From Balanoglossus misakiensis (lineage: Eukaryota > Animalia > Hemichordata), in assembly GCA_040954595.2 (NCBI GenBank), contig CM082582.2:12483777-12547776 (forward strand): a stretch of 64,000 bases of DNA. The letters are read 5' to 3'. The position numbers and the translations under genes are program-made. This document shows positions 26,368 through 39,048 of this stretch, piece by piece; within the stretch, counting starts at the first letter, position 1, and each line of letters begins with the position of its first letter. The notes beneath the pieces are model-generated. The model saw only the letters and a list, made by a program, of their open reading frames with translations. It had not been told where the DNA came from and did no database searches.

Positions 26368-27960
26368 GTCTCTATCAGTATCACGTCTTAACAGTTTGGA
26401 AATGAAATAACAGCAACTAACTCTCCCTAAAATTCTATTTTGATCAGTCGCTGGGTTAAACTATCGCTGGCGTCTCTTTTGGTTGTAAAACTGTTTCACC
26501 AGTCTTTATATACAAGATACTGACAAAGATTTCTGAAATATATAATTCACATAATTAAGATAATTACAATTTAATTAAGAAACCAGATATTAAATTATCA
26601 TACTGACAAACTATAATTGTCTCCAATATTGCAAACGACATAATTAGTCTACATGTACCGTACAGTATCAAAATGGTTCTTTCTTTGAGGGGATAATAGC
26701 TATGTACAATACATTTCAAAATCTGTTTATTTGAAATGCTTAATGGACGTATAGTGGAATAGAGGTTATCAGAAAATACACTCATACAAAAGCCTTTTTG
26801 ACATTACCTTCAAGTTATTTTTTGTTTTCTTCTGAGAGACATATTGGTTACACTGCAATGATTTCATTTCAAATAATGAAAATGCACTTACAAAAACTTC
26901 ATTTCCTAGAGTATCCTACATTCTACACTGAACCATTACGACAGGCTTGTTGGCGGAAAATTCTGACCTCAATATCCACTACTGCGTATCAACCTCAACA
27001 AGACCTTTGAATGGTTAAGGTTCATAAGTGGAAGGCCAGGTCATGCATACTTCAAATCTGAGACATCAGTTTGCATTTATATGTTTTGTACGCTTACACT
27101 TAATATGCAACTTTTCAAAACCCAAAGTTTATTTGAAAATGCACAATTGGCACTCTCTGTGACTGCCTTTTAACTTTGGAAATCGCAAGGTCAAGTTTAC
27201 TCAGAGACTGTAAACATTTTGCAAGTTATAATCAGTTCAAGACAACCTTGGAATGGAATTTACTATTTCAATTATTGGCAAAGTTCAAAGTACATGATGC
27301 AACAGAGGGGAGTTCAGTGATTATACGTGGTCTGCTGCATGGTGTTACAGTAAATATTCCAAGAGTACCTAACGTCGATTGGAGTCTTTTATTGATAAAA
27401 TAATGGGCTTCACTATTTTCAAAGTTGACATGACAAAAATACTTCATATAGATTTTGTGGGCTTTGTTAAAAGGTCAAAGTTTAATGATATGCATAAATA
27501 CTACTATTACTTAATGCCCAGCTGTGTCATATTACTAACAGGAGTGTAGAGATGCCCAATGTTCATTTAGAACCCGTAAAGAATATAAATCACAAATCTG
27601 TAGCCAAACTTGTAAATTATGGACATTTTATTTCCTCTGGACTACCCGTTAAATGGCAATAATCGATATCTCCTCTCACAAACTGTTCTGCAACACTGTC
27701 AAGTCAAGCACAACTGATATCACATTACAGCCTGAAAATGCATCCTAAGGTTTTAAATACCGTGCATTTTTTTGTCATTAGTTCTACGCATCTGGATAAC
27801 AATATCACATGAGAAGAGAAAATTGATGATATTACCTGGTTTATACTAATATCCATGTACTTTTCCCCCACCACCAAATGATTTAAAACAAATTATATAA
27901 TATTTAAATTGCTATCTCAGAATTGTGCATCTTGCAAAATCTGTCTCCTAAATGCAATCT

Positions 27961-30820
27961 TCAGACCAGATAGGGACTATCCAAAACTGCAGCACCAGCC
28001 GCCACACCACCATCATCATGTTGTATGCTTTTGGTACGAAGGAGATGGCCAGCTCTGCTGTTGTATAAAATTTCACTACCTTTCCTGCAAATTAAGAGAA
28101 AAAAACAGATTCAATTCTTTGTGCTTCATGAAACCTAATTTTCAAAGCACTCTAGCTCATAGGTTGTGTTCTTTGGTTTTTACCACTTTCACATGTGTTC
28201 ATTTTAGTGTGCTTGAAATCATGTCTGCAGTCCAGCTCTAGTCTGCTTTTTACATGCCCTCAATGTAACAACTGAACCTACGATGTCGTGAAAAAGACTA
28301 TCTCTCACCCCATTACTATTCCAAATACTCCAAGTTCCGAGACCATGTCTATTAATTGTGGGGATTTCTGATGGCGTATTTCATAGTTAGGGATCACAGC
28401 TGGCCACACTCGGTCCATTAATATATATTCTGACCTCCTTACATCTTGACCAATCTCTTCAAGAGTTACTGATATATTCTTCCCAAAAATGTTATTACCT
28501 GTAAAATAACATTCCAATTATTGTCCAAAGAAAAATCCTTAGGATAAACAAATTTTGTGTGTTAACTAAAATGTATAAAAGAAATTCAATGAACAACAAA
28601 TTTACTGACCTCCACCCTCTCTCTGTGGTTTCAAAACATATTTCTCAGGATCAGCCAATGCTCTCCTAACTGTGTCATCGCCATCTTCTCCCTTCAGTCA
28701 ATAAATAAAAACATGATAAATATCCCAGGATGCAACATCTGTTGAACACTAAGCTTTAACTTAAAGCTACTCTGTTATTGTTAGTTCACCAGATCCAAGA
28801 ATTAGCTAGAACTAACACTAATGCAGAGATTATGATGAACATTTTAAGACACTTCTTATTTACCTACCATATCAAGTGAATAGAGCCCTGCAAACGTATT
28901 CCTAATTCTCTGAATTGCAGCAGTTGGATCTTTGAAATATTTCTGGAATTTCTCCACAGCACCAGGTCTGGATAATTCCTGCTGGACTTTCTTTGTTCCT
29001 GCTAGATGGTATCCAATTGACGGACATTTGATGGCAAGAGATTTCTCCATCATCAGTCGAGCTTGCCAATCCTGCATATGTAGGGCAGTTAACAAACAAT
29101 GATTAAATGTCCTCGATACTGCTTTTGAGTTCTAAAGATATGTTGCAAACAAAGTATCAAAATTATCCAAAAATCTTACCTTCTCTGATGTGTACTGATG
29201 GGGCATATAACCATACCTAAAATACACTATTGCTATTTCAAAATTATCTCTGTCAAAAAAAGAGAGAAGAAAACCACATCACAACCTTTCATATTATACT
29301 GCAGTTTCAAAAATTGGAATAAATTATGATGACAGCTGCCATACAATCTTGAAATTTTAGAATCCCCCTTTTACACCAAATTGGTATTTTAGCCGTTTGC
29401 ACATTTAAATGAAGTACTTACATAACTAATTTATTGTCCTGGACACTGCCTCTTTCAATGATATCAGAAAATTTTCTCCTGAGAATTGGCACAGATTGAT
29501 TGATTTCCTGGATTGTATACTCAAGAATTCTCTGATCAAAAATGTTCTGAGAGATGTCTTCGACTAAAAACAAGATGGCTGCTCTATAAAATAAAAACAA
29601 AGAAAATGAGAAATCGTGAGTTTGTACTGTAACACTAGAATAGTGGTAATTACTAAGAAATATTCATGTAAAAGTTACAAAAACATTTTGCTTACTTTTC
29701 ATTTCCATACACTGTCCACGCTTCAAGCAATCCCCTAGCAAGACCATCAACTGCTTTATTCACTGGTAGATTTTCAGCCTTCTCACACTCACCTAAATTT
29801 CTTAAATTATACCTGTTAAAACCAAAAATACCAATAACAACGTAAACATATACTATGCCAATTTTATGGTTGTATAACACGCAGAATGTGGACATCAAAA
29901 TTGGAGGGCGCCCTCTGTAAATCCCTTGATGATCCCTTTGTTTTCTCTAATTGACGTTACCGTATGACTAACTGAGTTTATACACCATAGTGCACCAGAA
30001 AATTGGAGTAACCTATTGTATTCTCAATTTTCTTGCATAAAATAAAATGACTACTTTATATGTTTGCTTACCTATGGAGCTCTGGTAATCGTGATCCAAG
30101 CCCAGCAAAGCTACTAGCAATAGTATTAATTTCAATTTGACGCAATTTCATGTCTTCCACCGGTGTTTCACTCCTCCTTGGAGAATCAAACATATAGTCT
30201 GCTCGAAGTATTCCAAGACAAATAGGCTGGCAAAAAATGAAAGACAAAGAGTAAAGTGAGACAAGGCTAGGATAAAAATTCAAGACTCCTCAATACCATA
30301 ATTTGTCTGAATAGGACAAAGTCAAAGTACCTGTGCTGGCTTTCCATTGATATAGACTTCCTCATAGATTTCGTAAAGCCTCCTTGTGAACTCATCCACT
30401 TGAATTGCACTGAGAATTAAGAAAAAAAGTTTTATCACAAAAAAACAACTGAAGTTGTCAACTTCAATCAAACTTTCTCCAAGCTGATGGTGACCTGCTC
30501 ATGTTTCTTTGAACCTTTGTCCACAGATTCATAAATCATTTCTTGTACCTTTTCAGCACCGTTTTCAAAAAATCCTGGTCCTGTGTGACACCATGCATCA
30601 ATGAATTGAAATCCTCCTGTGCGGTCAGCGCCTGTTCAAATAATTTCCTCGGCACTGGTGAAGGAAATAAGACGTGTGGAGCATAGCTGATGACCTCTGA
30701 TGAACTGGGCTGATCTCGGGTTCTCATTATTATGCCATTAGTCAAGGCATAGTCTTTACCCTTTGCAATCACATCTTCAAGAAGGGAAGACTCCACTGAA
30801 TATGCAGCACAGTTTTCCAT
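27961..30820 (-). CDS. GSS: Glutathione synthetase, canonical copy (10 coding exons)
   Basis: [112 protein letters not shown]; all match the human GSS pattern. Confidence 0.95.
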
Positions 30821-32427
30821 TTGTCACAGTCTTTCCTTTCCAAATGATGGAATGTATACCCTGTAGTATGTTTTAGGCCAACAGCACTGATCTGAAAAGA
30901 AAAAGGCATCAGTGACATTATGCATGCTCCCATTTTGCCCATATATATGGAACTTAACTAGTAATTATATATATAGCACATTCCGTTCTTACTCATATCA
31001 GTCACACACACACATATATATATATGAGCTACTATATACACTCTATGAGCTGCCTATGATCACATATCATGAGACGGACTATCTAATATTTACATAGAAA
31101 GAGCTGAATCACTGTCTTAAAATTGCTTAGTCATACAATACACAAACTCATCCACATGATATCCCTTTTCAAATTCAAACCTACGAAAATATCCATAAAC
31201 ATATGATGATATGTGTATAAAAAGACATTGCACATCATCATCTATTAGTATGGTCTGGCATGCGCATACATGTATTAATGGTGAAGTCTGTCATAGTCTG
31301 CTGTGAACGAGTATACACCCCTCACTCTAATCAATGAATGAGATTGGCTTGATATAGACACAGGCTGTATGTATGGTCGTCCCATAGTTAATCGATTGGA
31401 ACGCCTTACTTGCCAGGCCCTGGAATTTTGTAGAGGCGGAAATGGGGTGCATATACCACATGAATTCCATAAACTTATGTCAGGCAAACTATTCATGTGT
31501 CATGTCACGATTGCGGTCTCTGCTCTTCACTTCATTAAAGTTCATACGTACAGACGCAGGGCTATTCATTAGTACGTCTAGCGTCTGCAAGGTGACCTTG
31601 ACATCTGAGACGAATATACCTAAAGGGAGATGTTAGGTACAGTCCCCAAACTGACATATACAGTAATTTTTCAAGTCCACCATAGATAAATACCTTGCAG
31701 TTTTCTTTCGTCCACTGTCGCTGTGATCGCAGCTGGTCGGTGTTTCCAGTGAAATGTACATATGTGTTCCCTGAGAGGGCGCGATTGCATTGCATCCCAA
31801 ACTGCCACGCCCACCACCACAGCACGGCCTCCGGCGGCGTAAACACCATAGCAACCGGTCACCCCCAGGTACTTCGGACTTTGACATAGAACAGAAATTC
31901 CCATATAAACCCGACTTTAATGTTGCTGCACCACGTGTGCAAATCGGAAGGTGCGAAAGTGAACGGCGAATAGATTACTGTGAGGTACAGTCGGGGGGCA
32001 TCATAGTGATTAAGGGGGGTGGGGGGCCTCCCTCTCTGTTAACTGTAGGGGCATGGGTCGATCTGTGGAGCATATGCTACATCATTCAGGCGACTATGGC
32101 CCGGATATTTAATCTCTGGATATAGTCCCCATATACACATGTAATCTCTGAAATAATTTGGGGCTGAACTCGCTTCTTTCCTGGTTGGATTCGTGGGGGA
32201 GGTCACCCTGTTTTGGAGGGGTCACCCACCTTTCCATGTTCAATGAGGGGGCCGGGGGGGATCAGTCACTTTTTGATATCCACTAAATAGGATCCATCCA
32301 TCCCCACCCACCCCCACCCCGGCTGAAGAAACTGACCAGTGGGATTATGTCATCGATCATTGACAGTTAACATATTGTCTTTACTTCATTGCAGATTTTA
32401 ATCAGACTTTTGACCTGTGACCTCAAC

Positions 32428-34885
32428 ATGCTACACAAATCCCAATATCCATCTGCACAGCTTCAAGTGATTGGTTGGCTGGCCACTGAGTGTGGCAAAC
32501 ACCTTCCTCGCTGGGCGCTGGATCACTTCTGTGCGACACTCTTGCCTGTTTCACCAGACAGGAAAAGCGTACTTTATTATTTGGAATCGTTGCCCTGGTT
32601 ACCACTATATGCTTGTATTTTGCTTGTGGGTTTGGTTTTGAAAGTTTTGTTCTTTCCAGTGTATGCGTTGACCAACACGTATAGAGCACCCTACTTGTAC
32701 AAGCAGGTTGGAGATTGTAATGATGTGAACTCCGGGAAGATGAATTTTACTGGTGACTTCACGGTCTGTACAGCCAACATCTGCGCAATATCTGAGGGCA
32801 TAGCCCACGTCACAGGATTGAAAGACACCAAAAAGAGATGCAAAGAAATAGGCAAGAAAATTGTCAATTCGAAAAACCAAAATCACGACATCCGGAGTGG
32901 AGGAAACAAAACTCTAAAAGGAAACCTCACTAAAGGAGGATTACATTCTGCTGGTGACAGATCTCATGTATCTGTGTCGTTCCCGCAAAATATCGACTTC
33001 ATCTGTTTCCAAGAAATTAGTGATTCCGGTGTGAGTGCATCCACTACACTTGTAGCAGAACTGAGCCAGCATTTTAAGTATTTCGTATATAATATTGGAC
33101 TTACTGGTTGGCGTACATACTTTCATCTGTTTGACAGTGGAATGATGATTGCAAGTCGTTATCCAATTCTTGATGTTTATTATCGTCCATTCTCATGTGT
33201 TGGTCCTGCATTGAAATTGGCATCTTTTGGTATGGTCTCCATCAAGGTATGCCTAAGCTTGTCTTTCTTCATAGTAGACAAAATGCTAGTAATAATTCAT
33301 CTCCTAATTTAAAAGAAATGATAACATTAAAGAACAATATTATAACTGACAGACCGTACAGTATGTTTATCAACCAATGTTCATTTATCATTTTATGATA
33401 TCTCCAGGTTGATCTTGGAATAACTCAAGAGGAAAAGAATGCAGTTGGATTCATAGCAACCACCCACCTGCAGTCATATCAGGGTAAAGTATCTATGATA
33501 ATTTGAAACTTCTGACACAGAGTACAATCAATTTACTCCTACTGCTTTTTTCCTTTCCACAAGTAATGACTTTTGACAGACTTCTTTCATTTCAGGAAAC
33601 AACCCAATTCATCAGATTCAAATGAATGAAATTTTGCAGTGGCAAGAAGAATTTCGATCGAAATCTCTACAAGATGGAGAAGTGGTTGCTTTTGATGTTT
33701 TATGTGGAGATTTTAACTTTGATAACATGTCCCCAGGTACATGTAAGCTATTCAAAACCTCTCTACCCAAGTTATCAAGTGCTCTGATCATGTTAAAAAT
33801 ATTGCATGGAATCCATTTTCAAATTCAGTAATATTTTTTCAGAACAATTAAAGAATTATAAATACAAAAGGATAAATCAACCTTGGAATGATTAAAATAC
33901 CCTGACAATAAAAATTACCCATTTATACTAGTTTGTTCATTTTTTAAATATTGCTTTGGTTTACCATGCTAGGTGAAAAACATGATTCGAATCACAGATT
34001 GTTTGACATCTATGAAGATGTATGCAGAGTCAGACCTGGCAAAGACCATAGCTGGACCATAGGTAATGATGTGACAGTTCAAAATTCCAGTAACTGAAGA
34101 TCTAAAAACAGTATTCATGGAAATTGTGTGTTAGAGGACAGCATCTTTGGACTTTATTGCTGATAAATACTTATGTGGTAACTGATTCCTTCCTCTGACT
34201 TTTTTTTACTTCCCAAAGGCACAGAGCTGAGACTTCCAATGCTATGGGACAAGGCTCTCTCCACCCCTGAAAGAATGAAAGCAGCTCTAGATGATTGTGA
34301 AGTGAGGGATAGATATTTGTATGATGCAGATATGGAGGACGGCATGACCTACAGGATTGCATATACTCATCCTGATATTCTGAAGGAAGAGAAGTTGAGA
34401 GAAAATAAGGGAAAGGTGCTGGACTCTGCTGGCAGGAGACGTATTGATGTGATTTTGTACAGGAATGAAAATCCTGTGGTGAGTCCTGTGTATGTGTGTA
34501 CACATGCATGTGATGTTAGAGATTGGACAGTTTGAAACAAGTCACAGACTAAAAGCCATTACCGGAGTATATACTGTTTCCCTCTGCCATTGAACATAGC
34601 AGTTACTGGCAGTATGTCAACACACTCTTTCAGTTGTCTAGTCCAAAGTTTAGATTGTATTATGCTATGAAACCACTTGTTCTGCTTGTATTGTGTAAAC
34701 GGTTGCCTGCTTTGAGTCCTGCATGTTGCTCTGTTTTCGGACCGTACTAGAAGCTGTGTTGCAGACTTTTAACTCTGATTGATTTGATTGTCTTGCAGGA
34801 AGTGACAGATTTCAAGTTTGTCACACAGCTCGCTGGACTCACTGATCACATCCCAGTCACCATGACATTCCACACAGATCTGTAG
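32428..34885 (+). CDS. Neutral sphingomyelinase, SMPD3/SMPD5-like paralog A (6 coding exons: 32428-33246, 33408-33483, 33596-33736, 33973-34062, 34219-34478, 34799-34885)
   Basis: Hydrophobic N-terminus, TANIC, FPQNIDFICFQE, SGMMIASRYPILD, THLQ, DVLCGDFNFDN, WTIGTE, GRRRIDVILY, TQLAGLTDHIPV. Confidence 0.9.
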
Positions 34886-36815
34886 AGACTGCACCGCCAC
34901 CTTGAGACAGCAACAAGATGCTCAGGAAGATCCTAAAAATGCCACCAAAGAAAATAATTATTACAAACACAACGCACATGTATTTAGTCAAAATATTCAG
35001 CATACTGTTATACTCTATTGTTTCACTGATATTTGAGCTTGCACTGCTGTTAAAAATTTTAAACTTCATGCATTTGGTATTTAACTTATTACTATTATGT
35101 TTTATTCAAATCCACTTCTCAATTTATGTACATTTTAAGGTTATTTTGAGAGAATAAAAGTTATATCTGTGATATTTCCCCCAAATCAACCAAGTCTGTA
35201 TTTGTTTCATTATCCTGAGTTTGTACATGGTGTTCGTTTTGTTAGAGACCGTCCATACCAACCCAAATTGCACCAAACAGAGATCCTGTCATAAGCACCC
35301 CTTGCCCCCTAAACAAAGAACTTTTGTTTAACATGTGCATGCATGTTTCAATTGTTCAATGGCCTCCAACCGCTATGTGGATTGTACTGCACATACAGAC
35401 ATTGTTCTGACGGTCTTACAAAAGAACCATGACAATTTTAGATTCTCAGCTGTTTCAGCAAAAGCTAGTTATTTATATACTGCAAATGAAACACATCACA
35501 CATGCTTTAGTAGAATGTGCACCTACATTTGACGGAACAGAGAAACACCAGTTTCGGGAAGTTAGGGGTGACACCCCCGAACGGACAGCGTCCTGAGAGA
35601 AGTGATTACGTCATTCACATGTACATACCGGTATTATGCATGGCATGAGTGAGGTGAGTGGATCTTTTAGTTACCGGCGTAGTACTGTTGAGAAGTTCAG
35701 GGAAATGTTAAACCCATTTCAAAGGCCAACAACTACACCAGTGTCATTCTCGTGGAGCTGCCACAGTTACACATTAAAGTATATATATGTACATGTACAA
35801 ATTAATTTCCAAAATCCCAGCAAATTGACCCTGCACTGACAGCTGATTGTACTAATAGGTTTTGTGATTATCTAATTGCAGTTAGTGGCACTCAGAGACT
35901 GAAAATTTTATCAAATGAGAAGTGAATGGTAATATGTTCCATGTCAAAGTTCAGTGCAGTGCTTGACAATTAAAACATTATGGTGGTACTGTCAGTCACT
36001 GTTCAAACTGCCATTGTTTGTTAATGTTTAACACCCCTACATGATGTTTTATGGTTGACAGATTTGTATATGGTAGTATTGTTCTCATATAGTTACAAGG
36101 GCAAAATGACCTTTTGTGACCTGCCGAGGTGCAAATTGAGGTCACATTGTCTATGACAAAATGTTGACGAATGAAGATATATTAACTAAATAGAAAATGA
36201 TTCATTGCCATTGTTAAGAAAATCCAAAATGAGGAAGCGATAAAATTTGGGCTGCGTTCTGCAAAAAATCCATGTGGTTACTTCTTTCGAACCAGGAACT
36301 AATTCGCATGGAGTTTTGGAAGGCAAAATACAGGCTTTATTTTATTGCTGTAATATACCGCTATGTTCTAAATTTAGTATTGTGAGCAGGTGTTGATGGC
36401 TGGGTATTGTTATGACTATTCATGAGTTCAGTTGCGCAGTTCAGCATTTGATATAATCCATAGGTTTGTGTCTGATAACAATACGAGTCAATCCGGCATT
36501 CCAGATAAAAAATCCACTGTTGATCACTGATCCTGGATATAATGGTACATGTAATTATAATATATTTGTAATATAAACATAATTCAATATGATCATACTT
36601 TGTTTTAATGTATTGTGGCTATTTTAAATATTCGGTGACCTTGCATGTATATTTCATTCTACCATAATGTATATCAGTTATGTCTCATCAGTTTCACTTC
36701 TGCGTTTTCAGGTAATGGGACTCCGGTAACTTTTATTGTCAATTCAGACGACTGAGGGATCTCCATCAAGATCAGATTTCTTCTTCAATACACTGTTCGC
36801 TTCAACTGAGAGAAA

Positions 36816-39048
36816 ATGCTACAAGAACAGAGATTTCCTAATGTGTTGTTCAGCTCGCTCTTCACAATTGCAGCATTATTCATAGGACAAGTACTATGGG
36901 CATTAGATCGACTGCTGGTCTATTTTCACCCAGTTTCTGCAGAATGGAGGCAGCCAAATACTCACATCCTAAAGAGTTGCGTTTTCGTGCCATTTTGGAC
37001 CATTCTGTTGCTCCTGAGTTTCATCCTTGCATTGCCATGGATACCTATTTGGATTTTCCTCCATGGCTGGAGGAGGCCCTACCATATCTCCTATGGCAAA
37101 GGGAAGACCCAGTTAGAAGATGTTCCAGTGAAGGATGAGTTTACTATCTGCACTGCCAACGTCTGTATGATCAGTGAATTCATTGCTCGTATGAGCAATA
37201 TCAAAGATATTTTAAAACGAGCGAATGAAATTGGAAAGCGTATTGCATTGTCACAGGGTGAAAGCTCTCAAAATTCTTCATGTGTTAAAAGTGACACCAA
37301 CTTCCCCAACTCTGTAGTCAACAACACTTCAGAACAGAACAGTTTTCAACATGAAATCTCTGAAACATTTCCTCCAAACGTCGACTTCATATGTTTTCAA
37401 GAAGTCTGCGATGACGGCGTCGCAGTTGGACAGAAACTCTCCAAGTATCTTCACAGCTGTGGGTACCACTACTTCCTCTATGATATTGGTCCATACCAGT
37501 GGAAGTTGAACCGATATCTTCTGAACAGCTGGCTGGCATTTGCCAGTAAATATCCCATTGTTGATGTGGACTTTAAACCTTACACTTACAAATGCTTAGG
37601 ACACAGTTCAGCATCTGTTGGACTGCTTCTTGTCAAGGTGGGTGTAATTGGAATACACTAAGCCCAACAGTAGACTTACGATCAGAGAAGGCATATTGAT
37701 ATATTTATATTATCACTCCAGCAAAATATAGCTGCAGTCTGACTTACACTATGAAATCAATGTTCGCAGCTTGAGAATTTCTAACCTGTTCTATCTCGTG
37801 TCTTCTACATGCCCCACTGTAAAACACAACACAACACAGAGTTGATGTTCATTTTTCGCAGGTGTACCTAGGCAAGAGGGATGATGGGAAGTCTCTTGTG
37901 GGTATTATTGCAAATACACATCTTCAGTCTTATGCAGGTGAGATGACTACTTGGCTTAAAACATGTAAGCTTACCAGTGCTTTCTTACTTGTGAAAATTC
38001 AATGTTTTGTTTGTACATTTATTATAGATACAGTAACAATTGTTTTTCTTTCTTGACAGTTGCTGAAATGCGTGACATTCATGCTTATCAACAAGACAGT
38101 ATTCTGAAATGGGAGAAAGAATTCCGGCAGAAAACTTTGAAATCGGATGAAATTTTACGTTTCAGTTTCCTGTGTGGTGATTTCAACTGTGATAATACAT
38201 CACCAGGTTAGACTTTTTAGTGTGCCTCGACACAAACCATGATATGCTTGAACTGTCCAAAACTGATTTTTTGAGAGCTGTGATGATTCATTATTTTTCT
38301 TTTGACAGGTGATAAAATAAGTTGGGCACATGAGCTATTTGACGTTTATCATGATGTATGCAGAGAAAAACCTGGCAAAGATTTTGACTGGGCATTAGGT
38401 GAGTTTGTTTAGTGTTGTGACACTCCTAGAAAAATCCTGGACAGTCTGGGTCTGGACCAAACCATGGTGGTGAAAGTGTAAAACAATTTATCATATTTTC
38501 ATAGGCACAGAACTGAGGTTAGTTGATTTGGATGCTGAAGAGATTTCTACTCCAGAAAAACTGAAGAAAGTCATGGAAGACAAATATCTCAGAGCAAAGT
38601 TCTTCTTGGATGGGAATCTAGAAATTACCATGACGGAAGAACTGAGTTGGCAACCTGGACCGGAGAGGGAGGAATTCACGTCAGGAAAACGCACACTGTC
38701 TCCAGAGGAAGGAAAACGACGCATAGATCATGTCTTGTATCAAAGACAGTTCCCAGTTGTAAGTCTAACCTCCACACAGTTTCATTTGGTGAAGTAAACA
38801 ACAATTGTAAAGTTTGTAGTTTAATGCAGTCAAGTTGTGAAGATCGACTTAATTTTTTTAATCAGTAAATAATGTTATACGTTTATTAATTTGTTTTCTG
38901 TGCAAGGAAGTTTTACAGATTATTAACATGTCACGTTTTCTTTTTACTTGGTTTGCAGACCCCGAAGAAATACTTGTTTGTAACTCAACTAGCCAGTTTG
39001 ACAGACCATATACCTGTTTGTATGACCTTCACACCACACATCAAGTAA
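36816..39048 (+). CDS. Neutral sphingomyelinase, SMPD3/SMPD5-like paralog B (6 coding exons: 36816-37637, 37862-37937, ~38060-38206, 38309-38398, 38505-38758, 38959-39048)
   Basis: TANVC, FPPNVDFICFQE, ASKYPIVD, NTHLQ, LCGDFNCDN, WALGTE, GKRRIDHVLY, TQLASLTDHIPV. Same exon structure as paralog A. Confidence 0.9.
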
